Shown: positions 15,693 to 23,632 of the stretch, piece by piece
Position numbering within the stretch: the first letter of the stretch is position 1
Layout of the letters: every line of letters starts with the position of its first letter
DNA from: an uncultured Eubacteriales bacterium
GTDB taxonomy: Bacteria; Bacillota; Clostridia; Christensenellales; Aristaeellaceae
Direction: 5' to 3'
DNA: 32,000 nt
NCBI GenBank assembly: GCA_902781945.1
Contig: CACZLE010000029.1
Span: forward strand, 26,395 to 58,394
The notes under the pieces: generated by a model
What the model was told of the DNA's origin: nothing
Seen by the model: the letters and a program-made list of their open reading frames with translations, nothing else
Databases searched by the model: none
Translations under genes and position numbers: made by a program

Positions 15693-18104
15693 TTACTGTC
15701 CCATTTCCACCAGGATCACTTCCATCTCCCGGTCCATTGTCAGCGCAAAGACCGCCTGCCCGCCGCTGATCTCCATTCCCGGCAGCGCCGCCCCGGCCAG
15801 GGCCTCCGTCGGCACGCTGAACCGGATCTGTCCCCGGATATCCAGCAGCCGCCCGCCTTTCTCAAAGCCCATCAGCAGCCATTTTCCCTTTTCCGTCTCC
15901 GCCTTCACGATCACCAGGCTGCCGCCGGGCACGTCCCCCGCGGCGCTGGCCGGGGCGATCACCGTCGTCCGCGCCTCGCCCTCCGCGTATCCGCACACCG
16001 GGCATGCCCGCGCTCCGTCCAGCTCCACCAGGGTGCAGCCCACGGCGCTGCTTTCGCCGCAGCGGCGGCAGATGGCGCTGTGCGTCCCCGCCATGGCAGG
16101 CGTCCACGCCCCAAAGTCATGCCCCAGGGCGGAGGTCCTCCGCTGCTCCGTCAGCACCTCGCCGCACATACCGCAATGGCTGCCCGCGGTCAGCCCGGAC
16201 CGGGTGCAGGTGGCCGCCACGGCAGCGTCCGTCACGGGCGTATGCACGTGCGCCCATTCCACAGGCTCCGGCGCGGTCAGCCTCGGCACCACCTCCTGTG
16301 CTACCAGCACCTGGTTGCACACGCTGCAATGCTTACCCTCCGTCAGGCCCGTGCTGGTATAGGTGGCGGGCACAGCCGGGTCGATCACCTCCGTATGCCC
16401 CAGCGCTTTCTTCTCCACATAGGTGGTGTAATCGCACCGGGAGCAGGTCTGGTAGGCGTCCCAGCCGATAGCGGTACAGGTGGGAGCCTGGGCCGCGTGG
16501 TCGATCAGGTCATGACCCAAGGGTTTTCCATATTCCACGCCGCAGGTTTCGCATGTAGCCTTTTCCGTGCAAGTGGCCGTGCCACCGCTGTGGGCGGCGG
16601 TTTCCGTCTCGCCGCAGCCGCGCTTACAGCTGCGGAAATGGTTTACGCCATCCCCGGCATCCACCCAAATGTTCCAATCGTGGCCCAGGGCGCTGCGTGT
16701 GATCGCTTCGGCAGTGGTCGGGTTTTTGCCCTCGTCGTCCGTAAAGACCATGCCGCAGCCTGGCTGTTGGCAATAATAATATTCATAATTGCCATCCGCA
16801 GTACAGGTAGGCTCTATGGCGCGCACATACAGCAAGTCGTGTCTCAGGGTCTCGCCATATTCCTGTCCGCAGATTTCGCATATGGCTTTTTTCGTGCAGG
16901 TGGCCGTGCCGCCGCTGTGGGCTTCGGTTTCCATTCTGCCGCAAACGCAGCTGCGGGAATGGGTGCCGTCCCCATTGTCCTGCCAGTCGCCGTAGGTATG
17001 AGACTCCAGGAAGAAATAGGTGTCGCAATGATAGCAGTACGGCTTATGCCCGTTTTCGCCGCGATCCTCATACCACATCTCATGCTCGGGGATGCTGCCG
17101 TAATCATGGTCGCACTTTTCGCAATGGGGCTGACGCCCGCAGGTGGACGCCCACCGGTCGTAATGCGCTTCCGTGGTGGTCGCGCCGCAAGTGCATTCGC
17201 CCTTGCAGGTATTGTCGTCCACATAGGTCCAGCTGTAGCTGTGGGGTGCCTCGTCTTTCCGCTCGGTGCAGCGGGAGCAGGCGTAGTAATGGGTGGTATC
17301 GCCCTGGGTCCAGGCGGTGGCCCAGTCGTGATCCAGGGGGGCTCCGTATTCCTGGCCGCAGATCTCGCAAACCGCCTTCTCCGTGCAGGTGGCGGTGCCA
17401 CCCTTGTGCGCGGCGTATTCGCCGTATTCCGCCTTGCACTTTTCACAGACGGCTTTGGCGATGCAGGTGGCTGTACCGCCGGAGTGGTCCTCCCTGCCGA
17501 AGAGCCCATCGCAGTGATAGCAATTTATCTTGTGCTGTTCGTCAGTTTTATACTCATACCAATATTCATGATCTAAGACTTCGCCGTAATACTCTCCGCA
17601 GTCCTTGCACTTGCGGGGATAGCCGCACCAATGACTGCCGTTCCAGACGTGCTCCACTGTGGTCTCCGCGCCGCAGCCGCTGCGCCTGCAGGTGCGCTTG
17701 TGGTTTTGATCGTCTACCTTCGTCCAATTTCCCCAATCATGCAAACGTATTTCATTTCTCCAAGTACAGCCTTCGTTGGTACAGGCGAAATAATCGTAGG
17801 TTTCATCATGGGACATGGTAGTAGCCCAGTTGTGGGGGGCCCATTCGCCGTATCTACTATTGCAGCCCTCGCAAATCGCGTTATCGTAGCAGAGGGCCGT
17901 GCCGCCAAAATGATCCTCATACGTGTCATAACCACAACCCGAGCAATAAACATGATGCTGGTTATCATCATACCAGCTGCTTTCTAATTCATACTCGCTG
18001 CAATTGGGACATTGACGATAATTATCCGACGCCTTCGCCCCCTGCATGGACGTCAACACCATCACCAGCGCCACCAGCGCCAGGGCAAGAAACATTTTCT
18101 TCAT
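15693..18104 (-). CDS. Secreted Cys/His-rich repeat protein (803 aa) built from zinc-knuckle-like modules
   Basis: AAGGAGGA precedes ATG 18104. Signal peptide MKKMFLALALVALVMVLTSMQGAKA. By my count about 58 Cys lie between residues 32 and 704, mostly as CxxC pairs within three recurring module types. The last ~100 aa are Cys-free. Confidence 0.85.
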   Translation of the reverse strand: MKKMFLALALVALVMVLTSMQGAKASDNYRQCPNCSEYELESSWYDDNQHHVYCSGCGYDTYEDHFGGTALCYDNAICEGCNSRYGEWAPHNWATTMSHDETYDYFACTNEGCTWRNEIRLHDWGNWTKVDDQNHKRTCRRSGCGAETTVEHVWNGSHWCGYPRKCKDCGEYYGEVLDHEYWYEYKTDEQHKINCYHCDGLFGREDHSGGTATCIAKAVCEKCKAEYGEYAAHKGGTATCTEKAVCEICGQEYGAPLDHDWATAWTQGDTTHYYACSRCTERKDEAPHSYSWTYVDDNTCKGECTCGATTTEAHYDRWASTCGRQPHCEKCDHDYGSIPEHEMWYEDRGENGHKPYCYHCDTYFFLESHTYGDWQDNGDGTHSRSCVCGRMETEAHSGGTATCTKKAICEICGQEYGETLRHDLLYVRAIEPTCTADGNYEYYYCQQPGCGMVFTDDEGKNPTTAEAITRSALGHDWNIWVDAGDGVNHFRSCKRGCGETETAAHSGGTATCTEKATCETCGVEYGKPLGHDLIDHAAQAPTCTAIGWDAYQTCSRCDYTTYVEKKALGHTEVIDPAVPATYTSTGLTEGKHCSVCNQVLVAQEVVPRLTAPEPVEWAHVHTPVTDAAVAATCTRSGLTAGSHCGMCGEVLTEQRRTSALGHDFGAWTPAMAGTHSAICRRCGESSAVGCTLVELDGARACPVCGYAEGEARTTVIAPASAAGDVPGGSLVIVKAETEKGKWLLMGFEKGGRLLDIRGQIRFSVPTEALAGAALPGMEISGGQAVFALTMDREMEVILVEMGQ
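16527..17489. repeat. Intragenic DNA repeats encoding the HSGGTATC...C.E.CG.EYG module
   Basis: GTGCA(A/G)GTGGCCGTGCC(A/G)CCGCTGTGGGC at 16567-16595 and 16894-16922 is 27/29 identical. Related copies are at 17383-17411 and 17461-17489, with similar flanks (TATTCC..CCGCAG.T.TCGCA). Confidence 0.75.
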
Positions 18105-18180
18105 CTTTCCATCCTCCTTACCGTTTGTTCCGAGCCGGGCAGGTATAAATCGGCGTTTTCTCCGCACGTTTCTATAAACC

Positions 18181-18189
18181 AATATAGCA
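18181..18189 (-). promoter_or_regulatory. Candidate extended -10 element for the Cys-rich protein gene
   Basis: Minus-strand TGcTATATT, about 77 nt upstream of ATG 18104. No convincing -35 was found. Confidence 0.35.
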
Positions 18190-18205
18190 TAAAAAATAGG
18201 CAAAA

Positions 18206-18236
18206 CCGCGAGACTTACAGAATTGTAAGCCTGCGG
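18206..18236 (-). terminator. Probable intrinsic terminator after the response-regulator gene; contains the perfect palindrome CTTACA-N4-TGTAAG
   Basis: Minus-strand RNA CCGCAGGCUUACA-AUUC-UGUAAGUCUCGCGG (about 13 bp with one bulge) followed by UUUUGCCUAUUUUUU, 24 nt after the RR stop. Confidence 0.5.
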
Positions 18237-18259
18237 CTCTCAGTCTGTCGATTTCAGGT

Positions 18260-18931
18260 TTATATATCCTCCAGCGCGTACCCCTCGCCCCGCTGGAAAC
18301 CCACCCGAACGGGAGCCGAAGCGCCGTCCAGCTTTTTATTGAGGCGGGAAACGGTGGTGTGCAGGGCGCTGTGATCCCCCGCCGAGGATACGCCCCATAC
18401 GGCGGAAAACAGCGCATCCCGGGAAATCATTTGATGGGGATTTTGCAAAAGCGTAAGCAAAATCAAATATTCCTTTTGGGTGAGCAGCAAATCCCGGTCG
18501 GCAAAATACGCGGTCCGCTTCACCGTGTCCAGCCGCAGCCCGGCATGGGAAAGGAAGCGCTTTTTTCGTCCCGCAGCCCGCAGCCGGGCTTCGATCCGGG
18601 CCAGCAGCACCCCGATATCATAGGGCTTGGACAGGTAATCATCCCCGCCGGCGCGCAAGCCTTCGATGATCTGCTGGTTTTCCCCCAGGGCGGAGAGAAA
18701 CAGGATGGGAATATCATACTGGGCCTTGATTTGCCTGCACAGCGCCAGCCCGTCCGCGTCCGGCAGCATAATGTCCAGCACGATCAAATCAACGTCGTGG
18801 GTTTTGAGCATTTCCAGACAGCCGCGCCCTGTATCGGCCTTTAGTACGGCGTAATCCTCCATCACGAGCGCTTCGGCATTGATTTCCATAATATGAGGAT
18901 TGTCCTCCACCAGCAGGATGCAATAACTCAT
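18260..18931 (-). CDS. OmpR/PhoB-family response regulator
   Basis: Receiver domain ILLVEDNPHI...DLIVLDIMLPDADG with a C-terminal winged helix (LTQKEYLILLTLL...HTTVSRLNKKL). ATG 18931 overlaps the HK stop (ATGA). Confidence 0.9.
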   Translation of the reverse strand: MSYCILLVEDNPHIMEINAEALVMEDYAVLKADTGRGCLEMLKTHDVDLIVLDIMLPDADGLALCRQIKAQYDIPILFLSALGENQQIIEGLRAGGDDYLSKPYDIGVLLARIEARLRAAGRKKRFLSHAGLRLDTVKRTAYFADRDLLLTQKEYLILLTLLQNPHQMISRDALFSAVWGVSSAGDHSALHTTVSRLNKKLDGASAPVRVGFQRGEGYALEDI

Positions 18932-20862
18932 GATTTTACCTCCTTGGGAACGGTAAAGCGGAATATGCTTCCCTCCGGCCCGGTAGAAGCCAACGACAGT
19001 TCGCCGCCGTGCAGGCGCACGGTGTCCGCACAAATGGAAAGCCCCAGTCCCCGGCCCTCATCGGTGGAATAGCCCTTTTCAAAGATGTGGGGCGCATCCT
19101 CCGGGGCGATGCCGCTGCCGGTGTCCGAAACGGATATTTCCACCTGGCTCCCATTGTCTTTCGCGTCCACGGTGATCTGCCCGCTGTCGGTGTGGCGGCT
19201 GGCGTTGACGATCAGGTTGATAAGCACCTGCAAAAGTAATTCTGCGTTGCCGTGAAGCTGGGCCGCGCTGTCATTGTGGAAGATGAGAACATTCTGTTTT
19301 TTGTCGCAAACCGGCGTCATGATGGCAGAGGCGCTGCGAAACAGCTCGTCGATTTTCACGGCGTTCATTTCAGCGGTTTTCGCCTTCCCGTAGGTGTAAT
19401 CCATGAGCTTGGAAACCATCTCCGCCAGCCGATCCGCCTCGCTGTGGATGGTTTCCAGGCGCTCCGGCGTTTTTTCGGAAAGTTGGTCGCGCAGCATTTG
19501 CCGCTCGATCAATTGGGCGTAGCCGGAAATGACGGTGAGGGGCGTTTTCAGCTCATGAGCCACGGTGCGCAGGAAATCGTTGTTGGTGGCGTTCATCTGC
19601 AAAAGCAACTCGTTCCGCTGGCGCTCTTCCTGGAGTTGAGCCATTTGCCTGCTGATCTTTTCATTGTTCACGATGGCCAGCAGCAGGATGCACACCAGCA
19701 TGGCCAGCGGCGTGATGCCAAAGTGATTGACGGAGGAATTGCTGCCGGTGGCCATGCCCTCCCGGATAAGCATGAAGGTGAAAAAGAGGATGGCAAGAAG
19801 CGCGATGCCCTCCAGCGCGCTGGGCCTCTGCTTTCGGAAGGAAAGGAACAGGCGGAGCAGGAACCAGAGGGCGAAAGGCAAACAGGTGTAATAGCAGATA
19901 TGGCACAACAGCACCAAATCATGAGTATCCAGAATAAAATGCAGCGCTGACAGGACGAGGCACAGGCAGGCAAAAACCAGCAGCGGCTTTTTCCCCGCGG
20001 ATCGCGGGAAGAAAGCGGCCATCAGGAACACTGTCGCCATGGGAATCCAGCTCACGTCCAGAATCACCAGGCGGTATTCGATAGAAAAGCTGATGTCTGC
20101 GGGCAGCAGATGCTGCACAAAGAAGAACTGGTTCCGCAGGGCGATGATCAGGCAGCACAGCGCCAGCGCGGCGTATTCCCGGTTTCGCTGGAAAGCGGCG
20201 CAGAACAGGAAATAGCAGCACAGCATCAACAGCCCGCCGCTGATCGTCATGGCGTTCAGGCTCAAGCCCCGCTGGTATTCATCGATATTTTCCGGGGTAG
20301 AAATCAGGGTATGCTGAATAAACCCGCCGTCATTGTGCATATAATTGGCGTATTGATAGAGGATCTCCGTTTCTCCGCTGTCATCAAAATACAGCGGCAG
20401 GGTAACATACCGCCCCTTTGGGATCGCCTGGGCAGGGTCATCCGACACATAGCCGATGCTACGCACCTCTTGCCCGTTCACAAATATGCGGGTGCTGTAA
20501 TCAATGGAATAGGAACAGAGGGAAAGATAGGTATGGGGCTGTGCCTGGATACGCAGCCGCCAGGTGCCCTTTGTGGCATTCAAAGGGGCGTCGTTGTCCT
20601 TTTCCGGAGCGGAAGCGGGATCGGCAAACAGATCTGGGGAAAGGAGCTGTCCCGGATAATAATCCCAATGATTGACCAGATGATAAACGTCGGCGGAAAA
20701 ATCCACCTCCCGCGCGTCCAGCACGCCATCCTGAGGGTATAATCCGGGAAACTCCGTTTGCACCCGGCCTTCACAATACAGCAGGAATGCCACCACCAGC
20801 AGCAGTGCCAGAGCAGGCAGTAGAAAACGCCGCAGGATACTTCCTATTTTCTGCTTGTCCAT
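18928..20862 (-). CDS. Sensor histidine kinase with an extracytoplasmic domain and 7-TM receptor module (7TMR-DISM-like)
   Basis: N-terminal anchor, a ~170-aa external domain and seven predicted TM helices. H-box LRTVAHELKTPLTVISGYAQL; ATPase motifs NLIVNASRHT, DTGSGI and GLGLSI. Confidence 0.9.
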   Translation of the reverse strand: MDKQKIGSILRRFLLPALALLLVVAFLLYCEGRVQTEFPGLYPQDGVLDAREVDFSADVYHLVNHWDYYPGQLLSPDLFADPASAPEKDNDAPLNATKGTWRLRIQAQPHTYLSLCSYSIDYSTRIFVNGQEVRSIGYVSDDPAQAIPKGRYVTLPLYFDDSGETEILYQYANYMHNDGGFIQHTLISTPENIDEYQRGLSLNAMTISGGLLMLCCYFLFCAAFQRNREYAALALCCLIIALRNQFFFVQHLLPADISFSIEYRLVILDVSWIPMATVFLMAAFFPRSAGKKPLLVFACLCLVLSALHFILDTHDLVLLCHICYYTCLPFALWFLLRLFLSFRKQRPSALEGIALLAILFFTFMLIREGMATGSNSSVNHFGITPLAMLVCILLLAIVNNEKISRQMAQLQEERQRNELLLQMNATNNDFLRTVAHELKTPLTVISGYAQLIERQMLRDQLSEKTPERLETIHSEADRLAEMVSKLMDYTYGKAKTAEMNAVKIDELFRSASAIMTPVCDKKQNVLIFHNDSAAQLHGNAELLLQVLINLIVNASRHTDSGQITVDAKDNGSQVEISVSDTGSGIAPEDAPHIFEKGYSTDEGRGLGLSICADTVRLHGGELSLASTGPEGSIFRFTVPKEVKS

Positions 20863-20899
20863 GGTGCGCCCTTCCTTTTTTCAATAACTTTCTCTTTCC

Positions 20900-20946
20900 A
20901 TTATACACAAAAAAGAAGGAAATTTTGAATCTTTCAAAAATGTAAG
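20900..20946 (-). promoter_or_regulatory. Candidate promoter of the HK-RR operon with an upstream CTTACA-N4-TGAAAG site
   Basis: Minus-strand -10 TATAAT (20900-20905) and possible -35 TTCAAA with an 18-nt spacer. CTTACATTTTTGAAAG at 20931-20946 lies 25 nt upstream of the -10. Confidence 0.4.
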
Positions 20947-21004
20947 TTTCGGATCGTTTCAGGCTGTGTCACACAGGGGACGGTTCTCCGTGTGATCATC
21001 CCCC

Positions 21005-22018
21005 TCAGTATCTCCGACTCCCGGTCTGCCTTTCATCGGTCACGTCGTAGAGCCGCAGGCCCTTTTCTTCGATATACCGCCGCTGATAATGATACAGCAG
21101 GTCTCTCTGGCCGTACCAGCGGTCATTTTGCGGATCGCCGTACAGGGCGGCCAGCTCCTCCATGTCCGGCAGCGCCTCGTAATACGCCTCGTCCAGGGCT
21201 TCCATCTCGGCCATGGTTTCGTCAAAGGGCTGCCCCTCCAGCCGGGCGATGTTCTCCGGCGTCAGGGACAGCAGCAGCATGCGCTTTTCCATGGGATGAA
21301 AGCCCTTTTCGAGCCAGGACGCCTCGGACATATACGCCTGCCCATTGATCAGCCCTTGGACCGTGGCGGGCAGGACGTCAAAATCCCGCTGGGAAAACCG
21401 CACCGCCTCCAGGCTGATGCCCCGGCCCTCGCTATGCGGGACAAAGCACCGGATATTTTCCATGCCATGCTCCCGCAGCAGGCTGACCAAAGCGGCGGCA
21501 TCCTCCGCGTTCTCGTGGGTCAGCGGGATGCCTGCGCTGAGCTCAAAGCCGATTTTCAAGGCGCAGTCGATCATGCGCACCAAGTACGCGAAATCCCCCT
21601 TGCGCCCCGCGAACCGGTCATGATAGTCCTCCAGGCCGTAAAAGGTGAAGTTCAGGCGCTTCACCCCGGCCTGCCGGATCTCCCCCAGCCACGATGCCAG
21701 CGCCGCACCCTCCCGGAACCTCACGCCGTCCATTTGCAGCATCTCCGCAAACACGGAGCCGATGCGCCGCAGGAAGTCCAGGGCCTCAAAGAGCCTCGGA
21801 TGATCCATGCTGTACCCAAAGGAAAAATGGAATTGAAGCTCCGGCCTTTCCTTTTTGATCCAATCATAAAACCGCCCCGCGTAGGCCTGGCTTCGTTCAT
21901 AATCTGCGCCCACAGGGTGCCCATCCCAGCGCAGCAGGCAATAGCGGCAGCGGTTATAACAGGGGACGCACAGCGTCTGCACCAACACAGACGCTGTGCG
22001 CACATTTTGCTTACTCAT
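21005..22018 (-). CDS. Radical SAM domain protein of unknown function (337 aa)
   Basis: CX3CX2C motif CYNRCRYC at residues 20-27. ATG 22018 lies inside the last codons of glpK (ATGAGTAA). The track ORF's upstream extension overlaps glpK and lacks support. Confidence 0.8.
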   Translation of the reverse strand: MSKQNVRTASVLVQTLCVPCYNRCRYCLLRWDGHPVGADYERSQAYAGRFYDWIKKERPELQFHFSFGYSMDHPRLFEALDFLRRIGSVFAEMLQMDGVRFREGAALASWLGEIRQAGVKRLNFTFYGLEDYHDRFAGRKGDFAYLVRMIDCALKIGFELSAGIPLTHENAEDAAALVSLLREHGMENIRCFVPHSEGRGISLEAVRFSQRDFDVLPATVQGLINGQAYMSEASWLEKGFHPMEKRMLLLSLTPENIARLEGQPFDETMAEMEALDEAYYEALPDMEELAALYGDPQNDRWYGQRDLLYHYQRRYIEEKGLRLYDVTDERQTGSRRY

Positions 22019-23507
22019 CCTTGGCCCAGTAGAGCACCGCGTCCACGGCCCGCTTCCAGCCGTGCAGCAGCTGCTCCCGCCGCTCCTGATCCATGGCGGG
22101 CACGAATTTCTTTTCCACATGCCAGCCGTTGGCGGTCTGCTCCAGGCTGTTGTGGACGCCCACGGCCAGGCCCGCCAGCAGGGCCGCGCCCAGGGCGGTG
22201 GTCTCCAGCACCGCGGGGCGCTGGATGGATACGCCCGCGATGTCCGCCTGGAACTGCATCAGGAAATTGTTGGCCGTCGCGCCGCCGTCCACCCGCAGGT
22301 TTTCGGGCTTCTGGCCGATGTCCTGAGCCATGGCCTCAAACAGATCGCGGCTCTGATAGGCGATGCTCTCAAGACCCGCCCTCACGATCTGCTCCCGGCC
22401 CGTGCCGCGGGTCATGCCAAACAGGGTGCCCCGGGCGTACATGCTCCAATGGGGCGCGCCCAGGCCCGTGAAGGCGGGCACCAGGTACACGCCGTCGCTG
22501 TCGGGGATGGAGCTGGCGATGGCCTCGCTCTCGCTGGCCTTCTTGACAAATTCCATTTCGTCCCGCAGCCATTGCACCGTGGCGCCGCCCATGAACACGC
22601 TGCCCTCCAGGGCGTAGGTGGGCTTGCCGTTCAAGCGCCAGGCCATGGTGGTCAGCAGGCCGTTTTCCGACAGGCGGAATTCGTCGCCCGCGTTCATCAG
22701 CATGAAGCAGCCCGTGCCGTAGGTGTTCTTGGCCATGCCCTTTTCAAAGCAGGCCTGGCCGAACAGCGCCGCGTGCTGGTCGCCCGCCATGGCGGCCACG
22801 GGGATCTCGCACCCCAGGATGCTCTCGTCCAGCATGCCGATCACCTCGGCGTTATCGATGACCCGGGGCAGCAGCTCCCGCGGGATATCCATGATCCTCA
22901 GCAGCTCGTCGTCCCAATCCTGGGTATGGAGGTTGAAGAGCATCGTGCGCCCGGCGTTGGTGGCGTCGGTGACGTGGGGATGGCCCTTCACCAGATGCCA
23001 GGCCAGGAAGCAATCAATGGTGCCGAAGCACAGTTCGCCCTTCCGGGCCCGCTCCCGCACGTTCAGGGCGTCCAGCAGCCACTGCAGCTTGGTGCCGCTG
23101 AAATAGGCGTCCGGCACCAGGCCGGTCTTTTCGCGGATCATCTCCGCGTAGCCGTCCTTCACCAGCTTTTCCACATAGCTGGCCGTACGGCGGCACTGCC
23201 ACACAATGGCGTTATACAGCCATTTGCCCGTCTCCCGTTCCCACAGCAGGGTGGTTTCCCGCTGGTTGGTGATGCCGATGGCGGCGATCTCCTGGGGATC
23301 GATGCCGGTGTTGCGCACAGCCGTCCGCAGGGATTCGATCTGCGTGCTCAGGATGTCCGCCGGATCGTGCTCCACCCAGCCGGGATTGGGATAATGCTGC
23401 TTGAATTCCTGGGCCGCCGAGCCCACCATATGTCCCTCGGTGGTAAAGATGACCGCGCGGGAGGACGTGGTGCCCTGATCCAGGGCCACAAGATACCGCT
23501 TATTCAT
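22011..23507 (-). CDS. glpK: Glycerol kinase
   Basis: MNKRYLVALDQGTTSSRAVIF... and full-length FGGY kinase similarity (498 aa). AAGGAG lies 10 nt upstream of ATG 23507. Confidence 0.95.
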   Translation of the reverse strand: MNKRYLVALDQGTTSSRAVIFTTEGHMVGSAAQEFKQHYPNPGWVEHDPADILSTQIESLRTAVRNTGIDPQEIAAIGITNQRETTLLWERETGKWLYNAIVWQCRRTASYVEKLVKDGYAEMIREKTGLVPDAYFSGTKLQWLLDALNVRERARKGELCFGTIDCFLAWHLVKGHPHVTDATNAGRTMLFNLHTQDWDDELLRIMDIPRELLPRVIDNAEVIGMLDESILGCEIPVAAMAGDQHAALFGQACFEKGMAKNTYGTGCFMLMNAGDEFRLSENGLLTTMAWRLNGKPTYALEGSVFMGGATVQWLRDEMEFVKKASESEAIASSIPDSDGVYLVPAFTGLGAPHWSMYARGTLFGMTRGTGREQIVRAGLESIAYQSRDLFEAMAQDIGQKPENLRVDGGATANNFLMQFQADIAGVSIQRPAVLETTALGAALLAGLAVGVHNSLEQTANGWHVEKKFVPAMDQERREQLLHGWKRAVDAVLYWAKDE

Positions 23508-23550
23508 GAAAAAATACTCCTTTCGGAAAAACATTGCTTTCTTTTCCATT

Positions 23551-23579
23551 ATTGTATCACACCCTGGCCCATCTGGCAA
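23551..23579 (-). promoter_or_regulatory. glpK promoter
   Basis: On the minus strand: TTGCCA (23574-23579), 17 nt, TACAAT (23551-23556), about 45 nt upstream of the glpK ATG. Confidence 0.6.
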
Positions 23580-23591
23580 ATATTTTCCCAT

Positions 23592-23619
23592 AAAAAAGCG
23601 GAAGGCCGAAGCCTTCCGC
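23592..23619 (-). terminator. Intrinsic terminator of the beta-propeller protein gene
   Basis: Minus-strand GCGGAAGGC-UUCG-GCCUUCCGC followed by UUUUUUAU, 13 nt after the stop. Confidence 0.85.
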
Positions 23620-23632
23620 CATGGAATTTGGA

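Noticed and set aside
16623-16628. A third CTTACA half-site inside the Cys-rich protein gene
   Set aside because: It is a single hexamer with no TG(T/A)AAG partner at N4 spacing, located within coding sequence, which is consistent with chance.
20947-21004. Hairpins after the radical-SAM stop (TCACACGG...CCTGTGTGA and CTGTG-TGA-CACAG) as an intrinsic terminator
   Set aside because: The stems are short and compete with each other, and no U-run follows them, so I could not support a terminator call. Termination of the glpK-rSAM unit remains undefined.
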